Shown in pieces: positions 48,975 to 57,874 of a stretch of DNA of 64,000 bases. The first letter of the stretch is position 1. Each line of letters starts with the position of its first letter. A program made the translations under genes and the position numbers. Where the stretch lies: the sequence record NC_009760.1; one strand, written 5' to 3'. The notes under the pieces were generated by a model. It ran no database searches. It worked only from the letters and a program-made list of their open reading frames with translations, and was not told the origin of the DNA.

Positions 48975-49721
48975 TTAAGCGAAGAAGTCAGCGTCCTTCT
49001 GTTTTGAAGATGCTACTTCTTTCTTCGCTTGGTTCTGCTGTTTACGTCCAGCAGATTGTTGCTTTTTCTTTTGTTGCTGAGTAGAGCGTCCACCACGTTG
49101 CGTTTGCTTTTTAGGTTTTTCCTCTACCTCTTCAGGTTCTTCCACTTCCTCTTGGTCTTCCTCTTCGAAGTTATCGTCATCCTCAACATTATCATCCGCT
49201 TCATCTTCACCTACGAACTCGATGTCATCATCTTCGTCGATGTCGTCGAAATCTTCATCGTCAGTATCAACACTACGTCCAGTGTTGCGTCCCTCTGATG
49301 ATGGTACAAATGACGCCGTTTGGATTACGAACTCATACGTATTATATGGTACACCGCTAATCGTTTTGATTTTCGTTGCACCATTCTTTTTGATTTTAAT
49401 ATCAACATCCATTTGCTTCTCTGATTTACGTACATAACCAGTAAGCACAACAGGATGACCAGTTTTATCATCTTTACCATCGGCACTAAAATGCTCGTCT
49501 AAGAAACCAACTAGACCGCCTTTGTTACCGAAGTCTCTAAAGCAAACTGCGTCCATGAACTCGTATTCACCAGTTTCAGGATTACGATAACCGATACGTC
49601 CACGGAATAAAGTGCGGTCGTCATTATCGTTCTTTTTGTCAGTCCACTCATAAGCTTTACCATTATATAATTTACCTACTACAGTTGTGTTCATCATTTT
49701 AACATCTCTCCAATTCAACAT
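48975..49721 (-). CDS. SSB-like protein with acidic/Gln-rich tail
   Basis: OB-like N-terminus (FMDAVCF...PVVLTGYV...YEFVIQ), acidic tail ending DFFA. Confidence 0.55.
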   Translation of the reverse strand: MLNWRDVKMMNTTVVGKLYNGKAYEWTDKKNDNDDRTLFRGRIGYRNPETGEYEFMDAVCFRDFGNKGGLVGFLDEHFSADGKDDKTGHPVVLTGYVRKSEKQMDVDIKIKKNGATKIKTISGVPYNTYEFVIQTASFVPSSEGRNTGRSVDTDDEDFDDIDEDDDIEFVGEDEADDNVEDDDNFEEEDQEEVEEPEEVEEKPKKQTQRGGRSTQQQKKKQQSAGRKQQNQAKKEVASSKQKDADFFA

Positions 49722-49738
49722 TTTATTTTAATAGATAA

Positions 49739-49764
49739 TACAAAACAGCTCGTGCGAACGAGCC
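49739..49764 (-). promoter_or_regulatory. hairpin element copy 11
   Basis: TACA-aaacagct-CGTGCGAACG-agc. Confidence 0.7.
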
Positions 49765-49773
49765 ACACAATAC

Positions 49774-50133
49774 TTAGATTCGTTGTGTTACAATTCTACA
49801 CATTGAATACGCCTGTATCGTAAAGACATTATAAATATTGCGAAGCTGGTCGTATGCTTTCTCGTCGTCGCTAAACTCATCAATGAGTATCGCTAATTCT
49901 TCGAGCATTAAGAAAGCCTTTAAATCATCCAGTGCGGTAACTCCTAAACGAATTAACTGATGGACTAAACGAAAATCATTCAAGCGTCCTTTCATGCGTG
50001 TGATAATCTTCGTTCCCAACACTTCGAACTCCCACTGAGGCATAATGAATGTTTCAGCTTCCTCGTTCTTTACGTGCTGTCCAAATAATACACTGGGTAC
50101 AACCTGTTCGTTTTTCAGTGCTAATGATGACAT
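49774..50133 (-). CDS. hypothetical protein
   Basis: ORF with AGGAG. Confidence 0.6.
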   Translation of the reverse strand: MSSLALKNEQVVPSVLFGQHVKNEEAETFIMPQWEFEVLGTKIITRMKGRLNDFRLVHQLIRLGVTALDDLKAFLMLEELAILIDEFSDDEKAYDQLRNIYNVFTIQAYSMCRIVTQRI

Positions 50134-50165
50134 AATAATCTCCTACTTTCATATAGTTTTAGTTT

Positions 50166-50191
50166 TACAAAAGAAGCCGTGCGAACGGCTC
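50166..50191 (-). promoter_or_regulatory. hairpin element copy 12
   Basis: TACA-aaagaagc-CGTGCGAACG-gct. Confidence 0.7.
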
Positions 50192-50196
50192 CTGCT

Positions 50197-50663
50197 TTAC
50201 TGACGACGAGCTTTACCTAGCGTAGCCAAATCAATAACAGCTTCACACAAGAATGCGGCGGTATCCACAACACCGTGAGCGACATCACCAATCGTACCTA
50301 ACGTGTTATCAAGTATTCCTTCACGTTTCGGTTTCTCGGCGTCCTTACCACCATCCATCGCAACAGATTGAATCTTACCTGTTGCCATGCCCTCGATGAC
50401 ACGCTCAAGACCTTCGATGCGTCCTGCGTGATTCTCAAGGATTTCCTGATGTTCGGATAACTTCTCTTTCACTTTGTTGATACGTTTGTTTGTGTATGCA
50501 TTCGCTTTTTGAACGGATGTTGATACACATTTCTGCATAATTATGTCGAGTTGTTGCTCGGCTGTCAATTCTGACACACCCTCATTTTCCTCGATTTCTT
50601 CGCCTTCAATCTCTTCGAAGTCTTCATCGTCTTGAACCTCGACAGTTACTCTTTCTTCCGCCA
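50197..50663 (-). CDS. hypothetical coiled-coil protein
   Basis: Probable start MAEER. Confidence 0.6.
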
Positions 50664-51139
50664 TTTCCAACACTTCCCTTCTTTTTCGCCTAATATCATC
50701 CAATAATGTGACAACTTTGTGAACGTTTAGGTCAAAAAGTAACAAAATGACACTTTTCCGGATAATTATATATATAGTGAGGAGGGTTCTACAGGGGTCA
50801 GCGACTCGAATCGCTCACAAAAAGAAAAACCTCCCCAAACCACATGGTATAGTGGTCGTGTTCACCTTGCATAAAACATGCAAGACAAAAACCATCACTA
50901 CACACTACAATGAAGTAGGATGTGAGTTTGATAACTTGATACACTCGAACTGAAACTCGCATAGCACTACCGCACAACGAATGACTCAAGTGATTCAAGT
51001 AATTTAAGATGGGGCTATATCTAAGGGGAGAACATCGCTTCGCATACGCTACGCTGAGTCCTCCCCTTTAGAATCCCCTCTCCAATCATCCATAGGATAG
51101 GTTTGTTGGAGAATGTATACTGCGTTCATTTGAAGACAG

Positions 51140-51164
51140 TACAATACACGTCGTGCGAACGACG
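51140..51164 (-). promoter_or_regulatory. hairpin element copy 13
   Basis: TACA-atacacgt-CGTGCGAACG-acg. Confidence 0.7.
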
Positions 51165-51165
51165 A

Positions 51166-51549
51166 TTAACTATGTGACTCCGGTGATTCCATTTCAGATT
51201 CCGATTCATAGTGCAGTTCAGGATTGATGTTATTATCAACAATGGATGTAATCTTATCACCGTCGTTATCTGCACCTGCATAGCTTTTCGATGCACGTTC
51301 CTCTGCATCACGTTGAACCATATCACTATAGGCTTCCGCTTCTATATCACGTTGAGCGTCATTCTCCCACATTGGTTCCTCGATAGCCTTACGTAAGTCA
51401 CGCACGATTGTAGGAAGTGCTTGTGCGACTTTAAGAGAATCCATAATGTTTAAGCCTTCGATAGAATACTCTAGTTTACCAATTTCAATAGTTGCCTCTT
51501 GCGTTGGGACGTTTACTTTAATACCTTCTACGTTAAATTTAATGTTCAT
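51166..51549 (-). CDS. hypothetical protein
   Basis: ORF with AGGAG. Confidence 0.6.
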   Translation of the reverse strand: MNIKFNVEGIKVNVPTQEATIEIGKLEYSIEGLNIMDSLKVAQALPTIVRDLRKAIEEPMWENDAQRDIEAEAYSDMVQRDAEERASKSYAGADNDGDKITSIVDNNINPELHYESESEMESPESHS

Positions 51550-51639
51550 TATGATTTCCTCCTAAAATGGTTTAGAGCCACGTCGAATGTGACCACGTTT
51601 TTGTTTTTAAAAAATAAAGAGCAGGATCTCCGCTCCGGA

Positions 51640-51846
51640 TTAATAACCAAATGCAATGCGTGCGTCACGAATGAACTCACGTCTGACAGCAGGAGATGCG
51701 TTTTCCCACGCTGGTAACTCTCTGCCCGATAACATAACTCTCGCTCGATAATTAATATACAGGGTACGAGCGTAACCCTTAATTTGATGTTTAACGTCTA
51801 CGATTTCTAATGCTGATACTGTCATGATTGACACTCTCCATTTCAT
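51640..51846 (-). CDS. hypothetical protein
   Basis: Short ORF downstream of copy 14. Confidence 0.55.
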   Translation of the reverse strand: MKWRVSIMTVSALEIVDVKHQIKGYARTLYINYRARVMLSGRELPAWENASPAVRREFIRDARIAFGY

Positions 51847-51869
51847 ATGTAATTTTCAAAGAACAATAA

Positions 51870-51895
51870 TACATAACAAGCCGTGCGAACGGCTG
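51870..51895 (-). promoter_or_regulatory. hairpin element copy 14
   Basis: TACA-taacaagc-CGTGCGAACG-gct. Confidence 0.7.
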
Positions 51896-51896
51896 A

Positions 51897-52025
51897 TTAA
51901 ACCACTGCTACTGCATAGCCACCACGAATTAAATCGACAGCGACACGCATAGGTACATGAACTTTATCACCTACTGTGAATTTTGCACCATAACCTAATG
52001 AATCAATAATTTTAAGACATAACAT
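51897..52025 (-). CDS. small hypothetical protein (42 aa)
   Basis: MLCLKII... with AGGAGGG; sits between copies 15 and 14. Confidence 0.55.
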   Translation of the reverse strand: MLCLKIIDSLGYGAKFTVGDKVHVPMRVAVDLIRGGYAVAVV

Positions 52026-52048
52026 GCGTGTACCCTCCTATAATAAAA

Positions 52049-52073
52049 TACATAAAAGCCCGTGCGAACGGGC
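52049..52073 (-). promoter_or_regulatory. hairpin element copy 15
   Basis: TACA-taaaagcc-CGTGCGAACG-ggc. Confidence 0.7.
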
Positions 52074-52074
52074 A

Positions 52075-52641
52075 TTACGAGGCGAATAATTTCTCTCCTC
52101 TTCTAACCTTACGCACGAGCTTTCTATTTGGTTCAAGCACAAGCATAGGTAGTTTCTTACGCTGTGCATATTTTAAACAGTTTGTTGTTCCACTAGAACC
52201 ATTCCATACACCAATGATTGCCGTAGCATTATCAACCATATATTCATTACGTGCTTGCATACAACGCATGGTAAAGGGTTGATTACTTACCATCGTTACA
52301 ACATCAGCTTTGGATTTAATCCACTTATAATGCTTGCGTGCTTCTGGTCGCCATTTGTTACCGTGACCTTCATGCGGGACGGCAATCTCTAGTGTGATGT
52401 CGGGATATAACTTACGTGCTTCAATTACAATTTCAGCAGCCCACGTATCGACGCCCAACGCACCACCTGTGATGAAGTGTGCATTCGGATATTTCTTACA
52501 GTATGCTAGTATCTTCTTCGTAAGCCATATATACACCATCTTGTTGTCGGGATTATCTTTATCGAATCCGAACAAGTTCTGCGGGCGTGGGCCTGTAAAT
52601 GTTAATACTTTTCTACCTTGTTGGCGTGGTGTTAATGTCAT
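52075..52641 (-). CDS. SLOG-fold DUF1273/YspA family protein
   Basis: FTGPRP...FITGGALGVDTWAAE...AVPH...ARNEYMVDN...GSSGT. Confidence 0.85.
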   Translation of the reverse strand: MTLTPRQQGRKVLTFTGPRPQNLFGFDKDNPDNKMVYIWLTKKILAYCKKYPNAHFITGGALGVDTWAAEIVIEARKLYPDITLEIAVPHEGHGNKWRPEARKHYKWIKSKADVVTMVSNQPFTMRCMQARNEYMVDNATAIIGVWNGSSGTTNCLKYAQRKKLPMLVLEPNRKLVRKVRRGEKLFAS

Positions 52642-52750
52642 GATTATCGTCCCCTTATCATATTAATAGCGATTGCAAATACTATAAGTCCTATCCAACC
52701 CGGAGGGGTACAGAATATTAATGTTAATGCTGTTGCGATTGCTTCCATGA

Positions 52751-52999
52751 TTACAATACACCATCCTTTAGTTTCCACGTATAAATACCATGAACATCTA
52801 CAGCTTCATCACCCATCAAACGACGAGTTTGTTCTGTATCATCATAGAAATCATCTTTCTTAAACTGTCCAGCTTCACTTAACCATTTCCATGCATATGT
52901 TTCATTAATAGGCATAATAGCTTCATTCGCTTCGATACATATCTGTCTTGCGATTACCTCTCTACTTGGATTATGCATTAAGAACTCTTCAATTGTCAT
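52751..52999 (-). CDS. hypothetical protein
   Basis: Start MTIEE with GGGAG. Confidence 0.55.
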   Translation of the reverse strand: MTIEEFLMHNPSREVIARQICIEANEAIMPINETYAWKWLSEAGQFKKDDFYDDTEQTRRLMGDEAVDVHGIYTWKLKDGVL

Positions 53000-53030
53000 A
53001 GCCACTATCTCCCTTGTTATGTAATAAAAG

Positions 53031-53056
53031 AACAGTCCATGTCGTGCGAACGACAC
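53031..53056 (-). promoter_or_regulatory. hairpin element copy 16
   Basis: AACA-gtccatgt-CGTGCGAACG-aca. Confidence 0.65.
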
Positions 53057-53077
53057 GAACCGTCCTATCTTATACTA

Positions 53078-56000
53078 TTAAGCTTGTTTGCGTAAACCTT
53101 TTGCTTCTACATATAATTCATAGTGAGCAAATTGTAATACTAATGCACGGAATGCAGGATTCATGTTCTCACGGCATACATCGAATACACCTTTAGCAAC
53201 AGCTTTCACACCAACAGATGCTTTACGTCCGTCGCCTAGAACAACAGTTACAACTGCACACTCATGACCAACAGCTAATTTACCAGTTTGTTCAACAGAT
53301 ACACCAGCAACATCCATTGCTTCTGTATCAAATTCTGCTGTCCAGTAGTCAGCACTTAAATCCATAGAGTCAAGAACATCGTTGTTGAAGTTTAATGTGA
53401 ATACTTCTGCTTCTTCTTGGTACTCTTCTGTTTCCATGTCGTCATCCATTTCGATAACTGCTTTTTCTTCTTCCATGTATCCAGTGTAAGCAGGTTCTTC
53501 TACATAGTATGGTTGCTCGTTAACAGATGTTGTAACAACTTCTTCTTGGCGATCCGCAACTTCTGTTACTTCCTCTTTCTTAGCTTTTTGTTTCTTCACT
53601 AGTACACGGTCGAATGTCATTTCTAAGAAGAATGCTTGCACTTCCTTCTCTTTACCTGCACGCTTCGCCATGTAAGTTGGTTCTAATTTATCTAAGTTTG
53701 TTACTGTTAATTCACATGCACCAGTTTCCGCTACGTATTGAGCAACGTTTGCTTTTTGGTCACGAGCAACAGCACCGATACGTTGTTTACCAGTATATAC
53801 GTTCACACGCATTTCACGGTCAACTTTCTTTTGAACAAGACGAATCTTACCTTCGTTCTTTTGTAGTAATGCAAGAACATCATGTGAAGATAAATCTTCG
53901 AACTTCCATCCTTTAATTTCGAATGTAGCGAACTGTTCGATTGGACGCTCAACTTGACGCTTCTCTGCAACAGACTTCGTACCCATGATGATGAACACTT
54001 GACCATTACGTTTGAATGTTTTGTAAGTACCGTTTGGTAATTTAGACTCAACACGGTAGTCTTCACCTTCTGATACATTACGGTAGAACTTTAATTCAGA
54101 AGGTACATCATCAATATGACCATCGAACTGAACTTTACGAAGTTTTGTTTTTGTGTCTGTAGATTTAGACACGTTTAATAATAAACCATCATAGCAAGTT
54201 ACCCACGGGAATGAGATAGACTTACCTTTTGATGTAGATGAGAAATATGTGTGTTGATAAGCAGCACCAGCGATGTCACGGATGTCACCGTCGATAGATT
54301 GTACTGCTCTTGTGTACTTATCCATGATATGAGAAATATGTGCTTGTTCCTCTTCATCAGTTAACTCCATGTCACGCATGTTCATTAACTCTTTACGGTA
54401 AGCACCTTCTAAGTCAGAGATGATAGGACGAATACGATTTACTTCTGCATCGTCAACATCAGCTAAGAACTCAAGTGTGAAGTCAACAGTTGTTTCTTTT
54501 GTTTCTTGCTTGAACTTCGTTTCCATATACTCTTTAACAGCGTTGAATAATTGACCTAACTGAGACTTAGATACGAAAACATTTTTCTCTTTGTTCACTT
54601 TCTTCATTACGTTGAACTGTTTCCAGTGTGGTTGCTCCATGATTTCTACATATTCAGGAACTTCAGGGAAGAATCCAGTTTTAGCGAAGTCAATTGACCA
54701 ACCTTGCATGAAACGTAAGATACAAACAATCTCATCAATACGAGCAGGTGTTAAAGACTCACCATTGATTTTACGCTCTTTCATGATTTTAGGATTGTTC
54801 GCAATATCTTTCCATGCAGTAGACATGTTTGTAATTTCACCAATAGATAATACATCTTCGTTGATGATTGTTGCTAAGTCATACTTGAAGATTTGTGCTT
54901 CTGAGTTCGGGCTTTCACCAGCTTTGAAACCAGCATCATATAACATTGGTAAACCAGTTTCAACTGCATCACAAATCTCGTCGTTCTCAACCATTGCTAC
55001 TTTATCACCATCTGTATCCGCTCCACCCATACGTGGTAATGTATCATCGAACGGGTTCATGATTAAGATGTCTTGGTTAAATACATGGTAAGCAGGTGCA
55101 TCAACAGTGTTTAGTACCACTGCTTCTGATTTATGGATTAATGGAGAACGGAAAGCAGCGAAGCGTGACTCTACTCCATTGTAGTAATATTCACCAGCTT
55201 TAAGTACAGCTTTTCTGCCGAACTGTAATTCAGGGCATGTAACGATATAAGGGTTCGCACCTTTCACTGGGATACGTCCTTTCGCCATGTCACCCACATA
55301 CTTCTCACGAGTTTTACGGATTGTTTCTTGTACGAAACGCTCACCAATCATGTCAGGATTCTCCGTTAATAACTCGATAACTTTTTGAATCTTACCACCT
55401 GCGGCATTCATCTTCTTATCGTACTCACCAGCATCACGTCCAGTGTCATACATACCTAAGAATGCTTTTGCATCATCAGCGTTAGAGAAGATAGTTTCTT
55501 TTAACTCTTTTAATGCACGTCCTGCGAATGTCTTAGGAGAAATCTTGTCATTGCGAAGTGCTTGCCAATATTGGTAACCCATGAACACTGTATCGTTTAA
55601 GCGGTTCTTCTGCCATAATACAATCTCAAGTTTTACACGTTTCTCTGATGGACACTCTTCACTCACGTAGTAAGGATTGAAGTTTTCTTTCCACATTGAA
55701 TCAGTGAACATGATGTCTTTCGTGAAGTCATACTTGTGTGTCTTCTCACCGAAGAACTCCATGCATTTACCAGTGTTACGAGTCTTACGTCCGTTGCAGT
55801 CTTTTGTCTCAAGGTTATGTGGGTATACAAGTAATAAACCTTTAGTGAAACCGAAACGAATTTGGAATGCAGATGGTACTTTACTCCATACTTTAAGGAA
55901 CTCTTCGTTACCTTCTACTTCTGCAATACGTACATCTTGGTTATAGATTTCTAACCAGTCTAATAACATTTCACGTTCGTTACGAGAGATTAACTCAAGA

Positions 56001-56734
56001 CGATGTGCTGTACGAACTGCGGCACTCGGTAACATTGTACCTTGACCATCTAATGGCTCGTAAGTATCAACATGTTGTTTGTATGTGCTTAGTTTACGAG
56101 TCTTCCAGTCATATACTTTGATGTCATGTTTACGTTCGATAGCGTAGTCAGGCATAATGTCGAATGAGAAGTCTTCGTTCGTGATCTCAATCGTTGATGA
56201 CTCTGCTAAACCGTAACGTGCTTCCATGTTTGCAATCTTCACTTCTTCCGGGAACTCTGCACCATAAGATACACCATCACGTACTTCTTTCACTGGTAAG
56301 CTAGTCATTAGACGTTTACCTACACGAGTCTGTGATGCTGATGTTAATACACGACGATATACTACACGAGTGCCGTCTAACTTAACGATAGTTAAACCTT
56401 TCTTTAGAATACGACGAATAGCAAGTTTCGCACTCTCTTTATCTTCTTTAGATAAACCACCATATGAGAAGTTCACTACAATGAACTCTTCTGCAAGACG
56501 TACAGTTACTTCTTCGTTCAGTTCGTTGCCGTTCTCATCAACAATAGTCTTAACACGTACTTCTGTCTTATGAGAGAACATACGGAATGCACGGTTTTCT
56601 GATACGAATGTTTTCACTGATTTGAATCCACGTTGACCATAGTTTGCTTCATAGAATACATAGTCACGTCCCTCTGCTTGTACATCTGCGATATTGATAA
56701 TTCCTACTTCAAATTGATTACGTTTCTTAGCCAT
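53078..56734 (-). CDS. YonO-like single-subunit two-barrel RNA polymerase (eukaryotic RdRP-like fold)
   Basis: TSASQTR, DGQG, SAFQIRFGFTKGLL, FRSPLIH and the catalytic MGGADTDGD (DxDGD) motif; start MAKKR with AGGTGG. Confidence 0.88.
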   Translation of the reverse strand: MAKKRNQFEVGIINIADVQAEGRDYVFYEANYGQRGFKSVKTFVSENRAFRMFSHKTEVRVKTIVDENGNELNEEVTVRLAEEFIVVNFSYGGLSKEDKESAKLAIRRILKKGLTIVKLDGTRVVYRRVLTSASQTRVGKRLMTSLPVKEVRDGVSYGAEFPEEVKIANMEARYGLAESSTIEITNEDFSFDIMPDYAIERKHDIKVYDWKTRKLSTYKQHVDTYEPLDGQGTMLPSAAVRTAHRLELISRNEREMLLDWLEIYNQDVRIAEVEGNEEFLKVWSKVPSAFQIRFGFTKGLLLVYPHNLETKDCNGRKTRNTGKCMEFFGEKTHKYDFTKDIMFTDSMWKENFNPYYVSEECPSEKRVKLEIVLWQKNRLNDTVFMGYQYWQALRNDKISPKTFAGRALKELKETIFSNADDAKAFLGMYDTGRDAGEYDKKMNAAGGKIQKVIELLTENPDMIGERFVQETIRKTREKYVGDMAKGRIPVKGANPYIVTCPELQFGRKAVLKAGEYYYNGVESRFAAFRSPLIHKSEAVVLNTVDAPAYHVFNQDILIMNPFDDTLPRMGGADTDGDKVAMVENDEICDAVETGLPMLYDAGFKAGESPNSEAQIFKYDLATIINEDVLSIGEITNMSTAWKDIANNPKIMKERKINGESLTPARIDEIVCILRFMQGWSIDFAKTGFFPEVPEYVEIMEQPHWKQFNVMKKVNKEKNVFVSKSQLGQLFNAVKEYMETKFKQETKETTVDFTLEFLADVDDAEVNRIRPIISDLEGAYRKELMNMRDMELTDEEEQAHISHIMDKYTRAVQSIDGDIRDIAGAAYQHTYFSSTSKGKSISFPWVTCYDGLLLNVSKSTDTKTKLRKVQFDGHIDDVPSELKFYRNVSEGEDYRVESKLPNGTYKTFKRNGQVFIIMGTKSVAEKRQVERPIEQFATFEIKGWKFEDLSSHDVLALLQKNEGKIRLVQKKVDREMRVNVYTGKQRIGAVARDQKANVAQYVAETGACELTVTNLDKLEPTYMAKRAGKEKEVQAFFLEMTFDRVLVKKQKAKKEEVTEVADRQEEVVTTSVNEQPYYVEEPAYTGYMEEEKAVIEMDDDMETEEYQEEAEVFTLNFNNDVLDSMDLSADYWTAEFDTEAMDVAGVSVEQTGKLAVGHECAVVTVVLGDGRKASVGVKAVAKGVFDVCRENMNPAFRALVLQFAHYELYVEAKGLRKQA

Positions 56735-56819
56735 GATAAATTCCACCTTTTCATTTTTTATAGTTTTATAGTTTGATTCATACTCTGTCGTGTCTTGGGC
56801 GGACACAACAATCATCACT

Positions 56820-56847
56820 TACACGCCCAACCGTGCGAACGGTGGGC
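56820..56847 (-). promoter_or_regulatory. hairpin element copy 17 (upstream of the RNAP gene)
   Basis: TACA-cgcccaac-CGTGCGAACG-gtgggc. Confidence 0.7.
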
Positions 56848-57294
56848 ATAACGTGCGTGATACTAACTTTCGGATTTCATTACGCTGACATTATGCCAAC
56901 TTCAATCGTTCTCTTGTGCGTTTGTCGTCCATCTCTATAGCGTAACGAACAATCGCTGGTCGATATTTGATATATAATGCATATATCTCCTTATCGCTCT
57001 TATACTCATACCAGTGGTCGGCATAAGGAAGTATAACCATCAACTTCTCTATCATGCCTTGCACTTCTCTGCTGCGAGCAAGTCGCTGACCGTAATACAT
57101 AACACTCACCTCCTTTCAATTTCGCGGGCGACATAACGTACCCGATACTAAGAATATCTATATAAACCTCCTATACATACATAAGACATATAAGAGAGGA
57201 AAGACATAACGTGTGCGATACTGTGAATACATAACACATGCGATACTAGAATGACATAACGTACGTGATACGAGAGACATAACGTGTGCGATAC
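56847..57294. repeat. six copies of 17-bp CATAAC(GT/AC)-N4-GATAC
   Basis: Copies at 56847, 57132, 57205, 57230, 57255 and 57278. Confidence 0.85.
56891..57100 (-). CDS. small hypothetical protein
   Basis: Start MYYGQ with GGAGGTGA. Confidence 0.6.
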   Translation of the reverse strand: MYYGQRLARSREVQGMIEKLMVILPYADHWYEYKSDKEIYALYIKYRPAIVRYAIEMDDKRTRERLKLA

Positions 57295-57579
57295 TGACTC
57301 TATATATAAGAGACACATATGAGAGTGTCTTGAATGACTTAGGTAACAATTTAGATACACTTAGGATATATAACAACCTAACACTTGAATGACTTGTGTG
57401 TGACAACACACAAGAGAAATACCTCCCAACCATGTTCAGCGTATGCTACGACTGTGCTTATCCACGTTTGGTACGACGAACCATAAATGGTACAACGTCC
57501 CAGTTTCCTTGAGTGACTTGTGGAGCAGGGAGAGAAAGGGACGAAAAGAAAACTATTTCGCCCATATACGTTCGTCGAT

Positions 57580-57606
57580 TGCCCGATGATGCGTGCGAAC
57601 GCAATC
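57580..57606 (-). promoter_or_regulatory. hairpin element copy 18 (exact core, degenerate TACA box)
   Basis: TGCC-cgatgatg-CGTGCGAACG-caatc. Confidence 0.45.
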
Positions 57607-57874
57607 ATATAAAGCATCAAGCGTGCGAATGCGTTTCGAATGAAAGCAATGCGACGCAAAATGAAGATGCCATATATACAGGGACGACGAACCATAACTG
57701 GTAGAGCGTACCAGTTGTACAAGAACGACGCTGGGTGGTGAACGGCTCGCTCTGCTCGCCGTCGTAGGTCACTGCGTTTCCCCACAACACCCTTCCTGCG
57801 AATACGCCGGAGGCGGGGTATCACACAAGCAGAACCTCTATTGACTGCGAACACGGTCTGAATGTACGACCGTA

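Noticed and set aside
53078-56734. True RNA-dependent RNA polymerase or reverse transcriptase
   Set aside because: No RT motifs. RdRP-like motifs in a dsDNA Bacillus phage are best explained by the YonO precedent of DNA-dependent activity.
57132-57294. Short repeat array as a CRISPR array
   Set aside because: Units are 17 bp with only 6-8 nt between the tandem copies, the variable part is inside the repeat, and no cas genes are present.
9740-57606. CGTGCGAACG hairpins as ordinary intrinsic terminators only
   Set aside because: The invariant core, the fixed-distance TACA box, copies without U tracts and a copy inside a CDS are not explained. Real terminators in this window have unrelated sequences. 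A dual role is still possible.
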